A stretch of 63,067 bases of DNA, the filler included, from Octopus bimaculoides (taxonomy: Eukaryota), in NCBI RefSeq assembly GCF_001194135.2. It is 6 parts of 6 records of this genome, joined end to end, with 100 filler letters (N's around TTAATTAATTAA, not from the genome) between each part and the next. Parts side by side here need not be neighbours in the genome. Positions count along the whole stretch, not along the records: positions 1 to 31,735 come from NC_068994.1; 5 more parts are not named here. One strand, 5' to 3'. Under the pieces are notes generated by a model. It was not told the DNA's origin. It did no database searches and saw only the letters and a list, made by a program, of their open reading frames with translations. The position numbers and the translations under genes were made by a program. Within the stretch, counting starts at the first letter, position 1. Every line of letters begins with the position of its first letter. Positions 11,786 through 25,327 of this stretch are shown piece by piece.

Positions 11786-14039
11786 AGAGAGATACAGAGA
11801 GAAAAGAAATGATGTGTGTAGTTGGTGTTAGCAAAGGTACCTAGTCATAGAAACAATGCCAAAAATGAGTTCAGTGGTCCAGCATGGCGAATGATTGGAA
11901 AAAAGAGAGGTTGAAAGAAAGGGAGATAATAATGTGGTAGCGATCCCAACAAAAGGTGCACATGCATGTTTGTATGTGAGCGTGTGATATATATATATAT
12001 ATATATACACACACACGCACACATGGGTTCAATTCCCAGACCAGGTGGTGCATTGTGTTCATTTCACATTGTTCCAATCCCCTTGTGGTCAGTGGGGATT
12101 GTTGGCAAGCTTGCCTAGCTGGCAGGGTGGCATCGTTTTAAGGCTAAAACAATGCAAGAGCGCATTGTGTGAAGTGATGCATAACAACATATGAGAGTCT
12201 GGTCGGTCAAGCGATTACATGATATTTTATTGACTATAACAAGGTGAAAAGCAAAGTTGACTTCAGCAGGAATTGAACTCAGAATGAAAACAAACAATAA
12301 TGAAATACTGTAAAGAAATAACAACCAATGATATAGTAACTGTGCCAATCTACCATCCAGAGTTCTAACACTGGTATAAGGGACCAGACCACAAATTTCA
12401 GTGTGTGTGTGTGTGTGTGTGTGTGTGGTGAGAGTCTGGTTGATTAATTTGACCTCAGGAATTCATTTCATTGGTACTTAATTCTAATGACCCAGCAATG
12501 GCCAAAATGCAATATTGACCATGGAAAGATTAAGACTCAAAACATAAAGGTCTGTAACTAGATTCTTCAAGTTTTAACTGGTACATTACCGATTCTATCA
12601 ATCAGCCACTCTAATTACTACTCTACTAAATATAATTAATTTGTTTTTATCATTCTAATTTTAGTTTATATCATTCATTGTTCATGAAATTCCTATTGTC
12701 AATTTTTTCTATTTTTTTTTATGATTTTTAATTTTTTATTTTTCTATATTCAATTGTTTACTGGATTTTTCTGCTTTGTTTTTTTTTTTCTCATTTAACC
12801 TTATTGTTATTATTATTATTTTTTTTTTGTGTGTTTTCTTTAAACTTATTCCTCGAACTCATCATTTTTCCATCATTTTTCATTCTTTTTCTTCTTCATT
12901 CATTTTTCTTCTTATCACTCTATTTCCTTCATTCTTTCATTTTTTTTTTTCCATTTTTGCATTCTCCCATTTTTGTCTTCCTTTTCCTTCCTCTTCTTCT
13001 TCCTCCTCCTCCTCCTCCNNNNNNNNNNNNNNNNNNNNNNNNNNNNNNNNNNNNNNNNNNNNNNNNNNNNNNNNNNNTGTCAATAAAAATTAATGATTAT
13101 AGCTTAATTGTTACCGACCCAATCCAATTATTGCAACTTTTCTATTAATTCTATATTTCCAATTCCAATTTTTACCATCATTGCTATTGCCGTTGTTGTT
13201 CTTGTTGTTGTTGTTGTTGCTGTTATCTCAACCATTGTTATTGCTGCTGTTGTTAAAACCATTGTTGTTGTTGTTGTCTGCTGTTTGTAAAAAAAAAAAA
13301 AAGAAGCCATTGTTGTAATAACAGCTGTTGTTCCTTTCCTTATATAATTCCATTCCATTCATATCCCGGCCGTATTACAAAACTCATGAACTCACCCAGT
13401 GCTTGACTGGGACCATATTTCATTGACCTCTCCCCCGCCCCCCCATGGAAGAACGAAAGGCAGAACTAACCAGAGAGGGATTTAAACTCGACATACAAGA
13501 TGCCATAATTAATTACCACAAGGCATTTTGTCCTTCATTGTACTGATCCTATTAATCCACAGCTTTGTTGTAGCTACTGTGTAAGCCATTGTTGTTGTTG
13601 TTGTACTTGTAGTTGTTGTTTTATAACCAATTTTCAATATGGTAGTATTTTTTAATTATCCCATTTACTGGGATTTTCTCTGGTTCATGCCATTGTTGTT
13701 GTTGCAGCTGCTATTTCTGTGGTTCCTGTTGCTGTTGTTGTGGTCGATGTCATTGTCTTTTAGCTAATTTACAATACAACGTTTTGATTCTCTCTTTCTC
13801 TGCAATGGGATCTTCATGTGGCAACAGTTGTTCTTGGTGTTGTTGTGGCAATGGCGGAGGTGGTTGTGTTTATTGTTCTGCTGTGTTTACTGTTGTTGTT
13901 GCTGTAGTGATTGTTTTAACTTGTAGTTGTTGCTTCTGCCATTGTTGACAGTGTGGTAGTTTGTGGTGGTGGTGGTGCTGCTGTAGTAGTTGGTGCTATT
14001 ACTGCAGTTGTATTGTTATTCGCAGAATATTTTTCCTTG

Positions 14040-14840
14040 TTTAACTCCAGTTTAGGCTTGATCCAACAGACCTATGACCTAAGGCAATCCAGCCATGACT
14101 ATCTCAACATTCTTCTCAGACAGTATAACCAGAACTCCATAATCCAATATATTGCTTCCATTTGTTTTAAGACAGGAATATATTTGATTGGAATTTAGCT
14201 GCTACTCCTAGCAGGTCAAATAACTACACAGAGGCTCTTCTAATTGGCTTGTTTTGCATATCAGCTACCAATGATCCTCCAAGTCGGTCTTCATCCCACA
14301 GACTCTTGTAATCAAAGTTATTCCAGCTGTTACCAGTTTGTCTTTTCTTTTACCAGGAGATGAACGCAGCCACCTCTCCCTCTGACAATTCTATAAATGT
14401 TTCTGGTTGTCCACATATCATATAAATCTGTGGTATGGACATAATTTATAAAAGCATGGATACTGAACAAATTTGAAGAGAGTCTAACCAATGCATTAAA
14501 AACGTGGGTGTGCAAGAGAATGTTATAGATCTCCTACAAGGACCACCGGACAAATGAATTTATGTTATAACAAGTAAATGGAAAACAACTTCTAAACATT
14601 GTGAACAAACAAAAGCTTGTTTATTATGGCCATATTTGAAGAAACAACTTTGGAAAACTTTATCATGGAAGGAAGAGTAGAGAGCAGAAGATAAAGAGGC
14701 AGGCAAGGAATGTAATGGATGGACAATATCATGAGCTAGTTGGAGAAGAGTGGCAAGGAAGCTGGATAGCTTGAACTTAATTGGGAAGATTTCCATTGTG
14801 GTGTCATCAATGTGCTGCAGATGTACGATATATGATGACA
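14040..14840 (-). mobile_element. Very degraded LINE remnant (endonuclease-like and CR1/L2-like 3' pieces)
   Basis: Minus-strand peptides RGRGGCVHLLVK, VVI*PARSS, EIVMAG and AHDIVHPLHSL resemble APE and L2/CR1 C-terminal motifs; weak. Confidence 0.3.
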
Positions 14841-14939
14841 TTAATGACTGTGGTATTCATTCAAAGTAATTATGACACGTAAATATATACACAGGTAGAC
14901 TAGTAACCATATCGAATAAACAGGTGTGTGTCTGACTGG

Positions 14940-15259
14940 GAAAGTGGATGAGCAAACATCGTCAGGTTTCCTACTCTCCAGACTTGGCTCCGTGTGACTT
15001 TTGGCTATTCCCAAAGCTCAAAAAAAAAAATCAAAAAAACACTCAAAGGGAAAAGATTTGAGTCAACAGAGGACATGAAGCAAAATTTGATAACACAGCC
15101 CTTACAGCATCCCAAAAAGTGATTTCCAGAAATATTTCCAACAGTGGCAGGAATGCTGGCAGAAGTGTGCAGACTCTCAAGGCAAATACTTTGAAGGAGA
15201 CGAAATCAAAATGGTAAGTGTTTTAATCCAAAGGTCAAATACCTTTTGACTACACCTCG
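14940..15259 (+). mobile_element. mariner transposase 3' fragment with right TIR
   Basis: SYSPDLAPCDFWLFPKLK...KGKRFES...QQWQECWQKCADSQGKYFEGD; ends ...ttgactacacctcg followed by TA (15260-15261). Confidence 0.9.
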
Positions 15260-15985
15260 TATATACACACACACTCTCTGTCTCACTCTAACCTTTCATC
15301 ATCTGAAACAAGATCACATCCTCTAATACCCCCTCCTCTCTCTTAAAAAGCATCCGGTCCACACAGTAAAGTGGTTGGCATTTCGAAGAGCATCCAGCTG
15401 TAAAATCCTTGTCAAAACTGACCTCACCTTTGCTTCTGTCATGTAAAAAGCACAAAGTCGACTTTGGTGAAATTTGAACTCAGAACATAAACACAGATGA
15501 AATGTCCCTAAGCAATTTGTGTGCCAATGATTCTGCCGGCCTTCCGTCCTATAATATCCTGTTATGTATCGATATATAATTTCTGATTTGTTGACCCAAT
15601 GTGTGTGTCTCCGTATTGATAAAAAGATTTACAAACAATGTTAGTTTTTAGACATAATGGCTGATTGTTGTCTGGTTTGATTGCTGATTTGATTGCACAG
15701 CAACTAATGCAACAAGGGTTTTGCATTGTCCTGTTCTTCTGCTAAGATAAAGTATCAGATATTATGTCAAAGACTTAGAATCTAGGGAAACCATTTTTTT
15801 TTCTTTCTTTTTTTTTTTCATAAGACAGTATCAAATTGGACTGATAATTCGAGAACTTGAGAACAGATTAACATGCTGAAGGAATATAAAAACATAGATG
15901 ACCAAGATTCCAGCTTTGATGAATAAAATGTCTGATACACATATACACTGAAACACATAAGATATATGTATACATACATATACAT

Positions 15986-16043
15986 ACAGTTCTATATTTA
16001 AGAGATGAGGACAAATATCCGTCAAATGTAAATAATGTACATA
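15986..16043. mobile_element. Short rearranged fragment of the Penelope-type element
   Basis: acagttctatatttaagagatgagg (reverse complement of 59362-59386) joined at gatgagg to acaaatatccgtcaaatgtaaataatgtacat. Confidence 0.7.
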
Positions 16044-16389
16044 TACATACATCATTACTCTCTCTCTCTCTCTCTCTTTTCCATCTCTCTATCCACTTCT
16101 CCCGTTCTTTCCTTATCAATTAGAACATTTTCTAAGTAGAACATGTCTTGATATTTAAAAATTTGCCAAATACATACATTCAACCATTATAATTCATTAT
16201 TTCTTCACTTAGACGTTGTTTATTTTTCACTCTTTTTTTTAACCGTTAATGATTCTCTTCTTCTCTGTCCTTGCTTAAATATTTATCTTACCCAGGTCTA
16301 AACCAACAATAAACCATTAATCTAACAACATATATATATATCACTTATTCTCATCAATATTCTGGATTATTGCCTTTAACGATAGCAAT

Positions 16390-17260
16390 GTACTGGGGGC
16401 ACATAAAAAGCACCCCTTACACTCTGTAAAGTGGTTGGCATTAGGAAGAGCAACCAGCAGTAGAAACATGGCCAAAACAGACAATTGGAGCCTGTTGCAG
16501 CCCTCTGGCTTTTATGTTCTGAGTTCAAAGCCTGCCGAGGCCAACTTTGTCTTTCATTCTTTTGGGGTTGATAAAATAAGTACCAGTTGAACACTGGGGC
16601 TGATGTGTTCAACTATCCCCTTCCCCCAAAATGTCAGGCCTTGTGCTAAGCTTAGAAAGAATTATTATTAGTTCCTTTTGAGTATTGGGCCTCACGGAAG
16701 CAATGACCAAGACCTTTGGCATTATGTCATGTTTGAGAAGAAAACCCATCAAGCTGAGCAAAATTGCAGTCGTGGCAGATACTGGTGTCACACAAATGGC
16801 ACCCGTGCCGGTGGTATGTAAAAGCACTTATAACACTCTCAGAGGGGTTGGCGTTAGGAAGGGCATCCAGCTGTAGAAAACCATGCCAAAACAGACTGGA
16901 GTCTGGTGCAGCCTTCCAGCTTGACAGCCCTGGTCAAACTGTCCAACCCATGCCAGCATGGACAATGGATGTTAAATGGTGGTGATGATTATGATGATGA
17001 TGATGATGATGAAGATGATGATGAAGATGATGATGATGATGATGGCAAGCTGGCAGAATTGTCAGCCTGGTGGATAAATGCTGCTAAGCATTTCGTTACC
17101 TTTTCATTGTTCAGAGTTAAAATTCTGCCAAAGTGTTGACTTTCCCTTCCATCTTTTGGGGATCGATAAAATAAGCACTGGTCAAACAATGGGGTCGATA
17201 TAATCAACTAGTCCCCCTCCTTCAAATTCCAGGCCTTCTACCTCTGGCAGAAAGAATTAT
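16390..17260 (+). mobile_element. Cluster of SINEs (family C, A, C with (GAT)n tail, A)
   Basis: Successive matches to the family C motif (ggttggcgttaggaagggcatccagctgtagaaa) and the family A motif (ttctgagttcaaa...ctttcattct). Confidence 0.8.
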
Positions 17261-17840
17261 TATAATTGTTTTTGCCATTAGTGTTTATTGTTTTTGTTTT
17301 GTTTTTATTGAGTTTTGCTTTCTTCGTTTTTTTTTCATTTTTTTGCACTTTTAAAATGACAAATATTGTCTTGCATTGCAACATTGCAATAATTTCTGTA
17401 TTTTGGTTCCACGACTAAGTCAATGCGGACAAAAATCTGTTGAAAAATAAAAGACAAAAGACAGTGAAGATGGTGGTGGTGGTGGGGATGGTGGGGACGA
17501 CGACAATGATGATGATGATGATGATAAAGATGATGATGGTGATGATGATGGTAATGATAATGGTGGTGGTGGTGATGATGATGATGATGATAATGATGGT
17601 ATTGGTGAGGGTGTTGGTAGTGGGGATGATAAATGGTAATGAGGAAAATGGTGACTGTGGTGATACGATGCTGGTATTAATGACGACGACGACGATGGAG
17701 GTGGAGGTGATGGGGACGTCGGTGTTGGTGATGGATGGCAGCAATGATAGTGATGCTGATAATGCAAACTGTGATGACGAGAGTGAGAATGATGCTTATG
17801 GCAATGATTATAACGATGCTGCTGCTGATGATGATGATAT

Positions 17841-17886
<46 letters not shown>

Positions 17887-18059
17887 GATGATGACAGGGG
17901 TTTTGCTGCTGTTGCTGATGGTAATAACATTCCATTTCCAACTTGCAATTTAAATTTGCTATATATATATATATATATATATAATACATATATAGACACA
18001 CACAAATGTGTCTATATATGTATGTATGTATGTATATATGTATGTATAGGTTATGTATG

Positions 18060-18300
18060 TGTAGCTGTGTGTTTGTGTCTCCTTGTCTTCAGATATAATG
18101 GAACAGTTGTAAATGAGCATCACCATCATACCAGTGGTGTTGTTTGTTTCCAATCCTCCATGAAAAAACATGTCTGGCCACGGAGAAGTATTACTTTAAT
18201 TGGAAACAGGTGAGGGTTGGCAATAGGGAGGGCACCCAGCCGTAGAAAATCTTCCTTAACAAATTCCATCGCATCCATGCAAACATGGGAAACATCCACT
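18060..18300 (+). mobile_element. SINE family D copy
   Basis: gttgtaaatgagcatcacc...ggaaacaggtgagggttggc...cgtagaaaatct, matches about 9380-9540. Confidence 0.75.
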
Positions 18301-19289
18301 ATTCCATGCTCACAAAGTTCACCAGCAGCACCACCACACGAACACCACCACACGAACACCACCACGAACACTACCACCAATAACAATACCATATCCTCCC
18401 CTAAAGCCACCATAGCGAGCTATCATCACCAACTCCACCCTCATCATCACTTCTACTAATACCACCACCACCACCAACATCATCATCACCAACTCCGTCA
18501 TCATCATTGTTACCAACATCATCATCACTTCTTCTAATACCACCACCACCACCACCACCACCACCACCACCATTGTCATCATCATTGTTGTCATCACCAC
18601 CACTGCCACCCCTAACAGCCTTCTTGCTTTCTTTAACTTCAGATTTCTCAACACTGATTTGTTGCTTCAACCAAAATACAGAAATTATTGCATTGTTGCG
18701 ATCCAAGACGATATTTGTCATTTCGAAAACGAAAGGAAAGCAAAAAGCACAAAGTTTAAACAACAATAATAGTATTAACAAATAAATGAAAAAAAAAGTA
18801 AATGAATAAATAAATCTTAGTACTAAATTATTGTTATCAGTAAAGTACAAAGAAGTAGAAAAGAAACTGAAAATGTCAAAAAATATAAAAAGAAAAAAAG
18901 GAAAGAAAAATGTCTGAGATTGGTGATAGTAAGTGTTACGGTGCATTGATAGCTATTTGCTCAAGAATAGCCTCTAGTACCATAAATAATCTAGATAAAT
19001 TCTCAGACACAGAAAGCTGTACATAGTGGGTCTCTCGGTGCATTTTGTTACTATTTCAGTGTTACTGTTGCAAAGTGTTGAAATCATTAAGATCTCTGAT
19101 CGGCTGCTGATGAAGGGAATGCCATGCAGTGCAAGCTGCATATGTAAAATATATGCTTCCTGTTCTGTTAATATCTGCATTTAACTCTGAACTCTTTCCA
19201 ACCACATTTCAGTACATGTGTACCATGCTACAGTTTACAGATTAAAAAAGGAGATTCTTATTTTAAACTCTAGAGGTTTGCGCTCTTGT

Positions 19290-19560
19290 TTTCCTCTTAA
19301 GATGGAAAACAAAAACGGTTTACTAAACTGAGGCTGGAGATAAAGACACCTGTCACTATACCTTTCATGTGTGTCCTCCACCCTACCTCTTTTGCCACAG
19401 CCACTACAGAGAGAAAACAGACTTTCCCTTCCCTATTCAGAGAGGATGGTGGAACAATCTGTCTTGAAGTGCACTGTGTTCAGTGTTGTATGAGGACATT
19501 TCATAGTCCGGTTGATGCAGAGATAGAGCAATGACAATTACATCAGGCTGGATATATATT
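19290..19560 (-). mobile_element. Possible L1/Tx1-like ORF2 C-terminal remnant
   Basis: Minus strand gives GKSVFSVVAVAKEVGWRTHMKG-like peptide resembling Tx1 C-termini; degraded. Confidence 0.3.
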
Positions 19561-19989
19561 ATATTATTAAAGTAATCCTAACTCTTTCTTTCTTTCTCTC
19601 TCTCTTAAATTCCATCCCCCTCTCTCTCTTCTATCTAATCTCCACTCTTTATGCTAGTTTCACTACCATCAAATCCATGATGTATCCCAGGGTGACAAAG
19701 CCGTAATCCGCGTCAGTTTTATTAATGCTCCAGCTTCATGTGGTGTGTGTTGCCATCCGAGAACAACGATGGACGTGCCTGCTAGTGAAAAGCTGTCTTG
19801 GACAGCTGCTGTCATTGTTCTCTCTCCCTCTCTCTCTCTCTCTCTCTGTAATCTAGTAGTACATATGTTTGTTCTCAGCATCCATCTGATCCATTAGTGG
19901 TTAGTGGCTCAGAGAATATCACAAAACACAAGAAATATATAGCATAAGAGATCTATATAATAATCTACATAATATAATTAATAAAATAT

Positions 19990-20385
19990 AGGTGCAGGAC
20001 TGGCTGTGAGGCAAGTAGCTTGCTTACCAACCACATGGCTCTGGGTTTAGTCCCACTGCATGGCACCTTGGGCAAGTGCCTTCTACTATAGCCTCGGGCC
20101 AACCAAAGCCTGGTAAGTGGATTTGGTAGAGAGAAACTGAAAGAAACCCGTCGTATATATGTGTGTGTGTTTATATATATATGTATGTGTGTCTGTGTTT
20201 GTCCCCCGAACATCACTTGACAACCGATGCTGGTGTGTTTATGTCTCTGTAACTTAGCAGTTTGACAAAAGAGGCTGATAGAATAAGTACTGGGCTTACA
20301 AATAAAAAGTTCTGGGGTCAATTTGCTTGACTAAAAGCGGTGCTCCAGCATGACCGCAGTCAAATGACTGAAACAAATAAAAGAG
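19990..20385 (+). mobile_element. Full-length SINE family B
   Basis: tRNA-like head (ggtgcaggactggctgtgagg...gggtttagtccc), central (TA/TG) microsatellite, 3' ctccagcatg...aaacaaataaaaga. Confidence 0.85.
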
Positions 20386-20404
20386 TATACATATAATACA
20401 AGTC

Positions 20405-20785
20405 TTCCTCCTTTCATCATCATCATCATCGTCATCATCATCATTTAAACGCCATGTTCTGTGCTGGCATAGGTTGGACAGTTTGACAGGACCCAATACA
20501 TGAAAAGAATGCATCAGGCTCCAATGTCTGGCATGGTTTCTACAGCTGGATGCCCTTCCTAACACCAACCACTCCGAGAGTGTAGTGGGTGATTTTTACA
20601 TACCACCAGCACGGCTGCCAATCTGGCAGCACTGGCATCGACAAAGTTTGGATGGTGCTTATTACATGCCACCAGCACGTGTGCCAGTCAGGCGGCACTG
20701 GCATTGACCACATCCGGATGGTGCTTATTACATGCCACCAGCACGTGTGCCAGTCAGGCGGCACTGGCATTGACCACATCCGGAT
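20405..20785 (-). repeat. SINE family C (minus) ending in a 66-bp SINE-derived tandem repeat that runs into a gap
   Basis: Units start at 20650 and 20716 (ggatggtgcttattacatgccaccagcacg...gaccacatcc); a diverged progenitor unit lies at about 20584-20649. Confidence 0.85.
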
Positions 20786-21989
20786 NNNNNNNNNNNNNNN
20801 NNNNNNNNNNNNNNNNNNNNNNNNNNNNNNNNNNNNNNNNNNNNNNNNNNNNNNNNNNNNNNNNNNNNNNNNNNNNNNNNNNNNNNNNNNNNNNNNNNNN
20901 NNNNNNNNNNNNNNNNNNNNNNNNNNNNNNNNNNNNNNNNNNNNNNNNNNNNNNNNNNNNNNNNNNNNNNNNNNNNNNNNNNNNNNNNNNNNNNNNNNNN
21001 NNNNNNNNNNNNNNNNNNNNNNNNNNNNNNNNNNNNNNNNNNNNNNNNNNNNNNNNNNNNNNNNNNNNNNNNNNNNNNNNNNNNNNNNNNNNNNNNNNNN
21101 NNNNNNNNNNNNNNNNNNNNNNNNNNNNNNNNNNNNNNNNNNNNNNNNNNNNNNNNNNNNNNNNNNNNNNNNNNNNNNNNNNNNNNNNNNNNNNNNNNNN
21201 NNNNNNNNNNNNNNNNNNNNNNNNNNNNNNNNNNNNNNNNNNNNNNNNNNNNNNNNNNNNNNNNNNNNNNNNNNNNNNNNNNNNNNNNNNNNNNNNNNNN
21301 NNNNNNNNNNNNNNNNNNNNNNNNNNNNNNNNNNNNNNNNNNNNNNNNNNNNNNNNNNNNNNNNNNNNNNNNNNNNNNNNNNNNNNNNNNNNNNNNNNNN
21401 NNNNNNNNNNNNNNNNNNNNNNNNNNNNNNNNNNNNNNNNNNNNNNNNNNNNNNNNNNNNNNNNNNNNNNNNNNNNNNNNNNNNNNNNNNNNNNNNNNNN
21501 NNNNNNNNNNNNNNNNNNNNNNNNNNNNNNNNNNNNNNNNNNNNNNNNNNNNNNNNNNNNNNNNNNNNNNNNNNNNNNNNNNNNNNNNNNNNNNNNNNNN
21601 NNNNNNNNNNNNNNNNNNNNNNNNNNNNNNNNNNNNNNNNNNNNNNNNNNNNCATTTTGTCTGGCACAGTAAGATTGTGCCAGCCCACTGCCGCCTTACA
21701 CCTTATGCCTTAATTAAAACCAATTAAGCAGAATCATTAGAGTGTTTACTCTGGTTCTTTATGTTTTGAGTTCAAATCCTGCTGGGGCCAGCATTGCTTT
21801 TTATCCTTTCAGGGTTGATGAAATGAAGTAGCAGTCAAATACTGGAGTTGATGGTATGAACTAAGCCTCTCCCCTCAAAATTGCTGGCCTAATGCTTCAA
21901 TCGGAAACCATTATTTATTGGACACGTTTGGGATAAATTCCTGGCACTGGATGAGGGTGAAAATGTCCAATGATAAGTAAATGTATGTC

Positions 21990-22275
21990 TGTTGTGTGTG
22001 TGTGTGTGTGCTTGTGTGTGTGATTTTGTGTGTGAGCCTGTGTGTGTGCGATTTTGCATGTGAGACTGTGTGTGTGTGTGTGTGATTTTGCGCGTGAGTC
22101 TGTGTGTGTGTATGTTTGTGTGATTTTGTGTGTGTGTGGATATGTGTGTATGTGTGAGTCTGTGTTTGTGTGTGTATGTGTGTATGTGTGAATCTGTGTT
22201 TGTGTGTGTGAGTCTGTGTATGTGTGTGTGGTGTGTGTGTGTGAGTCTATATTTGTGTGTGCGTGTCTGTGTGTA
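21990..22275. repeat. Complex (TG)-rich microsatellite
   Basis: Direct inspection. Confidence 0.9.
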
Positions 22276-22671
22276 ACAAAGTTAAGTATGCTACCTTAGA
22301 AAAAATGGAATCTTCTGTTAAGGGGAACTTAATATTGTCTTGTTGTTGTCATCATTGTTGTAGCTGTCAATGTTATTCTTGTTGCCGCTGCTGCTCTTCT
22401 GGTAGTTGTTGTTGTTGTTGCAGCTACTGCTACTGCTGCTGCTGCTGTTGTTGTTGTTGTTGTTGTTGTTGAGATTAACCCAACTAACAACAGACAGTAA
22501 TCACAATAAGCGTTAGACAACAAACTCTTCTGATGCTCCAATATAGTAAACAGATCATTAAGCTGGCTCTGGGAAATATGTTATGGACCCAGGGTGGAGA
22601 TTGTTTGAAGTTATCAGAGATAACCCGGTTGCTATTTTCAGCTGAGAATCCATAAGATAAACATTTGCAGT

Positions 22672-22694
22672 TTAATAATAATAATAATAATAAT

Positions 22695-22748
<54 letters not shown>

Positions 22749-22865
22749 CATAATAACAACAATAATAATAATGTATGTGTACGTATGTGTGTGTGAGGCA
22801 TATGTGCATGCATTATATATTCATGCACACACACATATAAATGTACATGTATGTATATGCATGTT

Positions 22866-22906
<41 letters not shown>

Positions 22907-22960
22907 ATATCTATCTATCTATATATCTATCTATATATCTATCTATCTATCTACATATAT
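22672..22960. repeat. (AAT)n then (TATC)n microsatellites
   Basis: Direct inspection. Confidence 0.9.
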
Positions 22961-23386
22961 ANNNNNNNNNNNNNNNNNNNNNNNNNNNNNNNNNNNNNNN
23001 NNNNNNNNNNNNNNNNNNNNNNNNNNNNNNNNNNNNNNNNNNNNNNNNNNNNNNNNNNNNNNNNNNNNNNNNNNNNNNNNNNNNNNNNNNNNNNNNNNNN
23101 NNNNNNNNNNNNNNNNNNNNNNNNNNNNNNNNNNNNNNNNNNNNNNNNNNNNNNNNNNNNNNNNNNNNNNNNNNNNNNNNNNNNNNNNNNNNNNNNNNNN
23201 NNNNNNNNNNNNNNNNNNNNNNNNNNNNNNNNNNNNNNNNNNNNNNNNNNNNNNNNNNNNNNNNNNNNNNNNNNNNNNNNNNNNNNNNNNNNNNNNNNNN
23301 NNNNNNNNNNNNNNNNNNNNNNNNNNNNNNNNNNNNNNNNNNNNNNNNNNNNNNNNNNNNNNNNNNNNNNNNNNNNNNNNNNNNNN

Positions 23387-23428
<42 letters not shown>

Positions 23429-23450
23429 TATAAGTATGTCTCTCTATATA

Positions 23451-23699
23451 TTGGGTTGGTACATAATTATTGCGGCATTTTTCAACAAATTTTGTTCAAC
23501 AAAAACAATAACAACATGCAACAAAACATCTTTAAATGACGGTCTGACAGTCTGCCAAGCAAATGGGAATCAGTAATTGAAGGAGATGGTGATTATGCTC
23601 CGGAATAGTCATTTAAAGATGTTTTTGTTACATGTTGTTATTGTTTTTGTTGAATAAAAATTTGTTGAAAAAAGCTGCAATAGTTACGAACCAACCCAA
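23451..23699 (+). mobile_element. mariner-derived MITE with long TIRs
   Basis: TA|TTGGGTTGGT...ACCAACCCAA|TA; about 90-100 bp imperfect inverted arms; core encodes LPSKWESVIEGDGDYAPE* (mariner C-terminus). Confidence 0.85.
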
Positions 23700-24307
23700 T
23701 ATATATATTTATCATCATCATCATCGTCATTTAACGTCTGCTTTCCATGCTGGCATGGGTTGGACGGTTACCTTATAGGTAATAATTATTATTAAAATTA
23801 TAATTAAGGATATCTAAAAGATACCACCATGCTAGAGATAGCTGTCAAAACTTGACTCTAAAACCACATCAAGTGTTCATACAGCACCAGGAGAAAAGAC
23901 AAATAGACAAAAAAACTAGTAAAAACTTATTGGATAATCCCAGATCTAGATTTCTGGCTTTGCATAAAAATATACACTGCCGCCTCAGTGGGATATCCAC
24001 AGATAGTACATAATTATAAATATATATATACACAACATATGAATATTTACATATATGTACATATAATTTTAATACGTATATCATCATCATCATCATCATC
24101 ATCGTTTAACGTCCGCTTTCCATGCTAGCATGGGTTGGACGATTTGACTGANNNNNNNNNNNNNNNNNNNNNNNNNNNNNNNNNNNNNNNNNNNNNNNNN
24201 NNNNNNNNNNNNNNNNNNNNNNNNNNNNNNNNNNNNNNNNNNNNNNNNNNNNNNNNNNNNNNNNNNNNNNNNNNNNNNNNNNNNNNNNNNNNNNNNNNNN
24301 NNNNNNN

Positions 24308-24339
<32 letters not shown>

Positions 24340-25094
24340 TACATACATATGCTTATGTTTATGTACATATGCATATATGTGCGTACATGCACATCTAAGA
24401 AAGCTGCTTAGAATTTTCAGCTCTGTGAGAAGTCGGTCAATTTCCCATTTGGCTTGAATGCTTTCGCATTGTTTCATTGTCAGTCAAAGTGTACATTTGA
24501 TCTCGGAATTAACAAGTTCTACGTGTGAAACAGAATGTAAACATCAAGCCTTGGTAACAATGATGACAATGATGATGATAATCAGCATCATCATCGAAAT
24601 AATAATAATAATAATAACAACAATAACAGTAATAATAACCACGTGTCTTAATCTGCTAGAATAGATAGGAAGATCACAAACATCAAGGCTATCTATGAGA
24701 CTGATCTTATTTCAATCTCTTAAGTCAAAAAACAAGAATATCACACAAACAACAACACACACACACACACACACACCTATTCACAGACAAACACTCACAC
24801 ACATGCATGTCACACATGTACACGTTTTTTCGTACACATCACTACAACAGTAAACTGATTAGTGATGCCTAATATTAGGTATTTAAACACTTAAGAAGAT
24901 TATTATTATCATCATCATCATCATCATCATCATCATTATTATTATTATTATTATCATTATTATTATTATTATTAATATTAATATTATTAATATTACTGAC
25001 ATCTAGAATGTTGACAGGTACTCTTTGCACTCAGTCAGGTAGACCTTGTGGCCAGGGGAGAGTGTTAACCATCACACTCTACACTAGGTTAGGG

Positions 25095-25327
25095 ATCATC
25101 GTCATCATCCTCATTATCGCCTTTGTCATCATCATCACTATCATCGTCATCATCGTCGTCGTCATTGCCATCATCATCATTGTTGTCGTCGTCATCGTCA
25201 TCATCATCATTGTTGTCGTCGCCATCATCATCATCACCATCATCATCATCGTCGTCGTCATCATCGTCGTCGTCATCATTACCACCATCATCGTCGTTGT
25301 CGACATCATCATCATCATCATCATCAC
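25095..25327. repeat. (CAT/CGT)n microsatellite
   Basis: Direct inspection. Confidence 0.9.

Noticed and set aside
20589-20785. Repeated 22-aa Cys/His peptide and CRISPR-like regular repeats
   Set aside because: The units are contiguous 66-bp copies of a SINE segment, with no unique spacers and no cas genes, in eukaryotic context.
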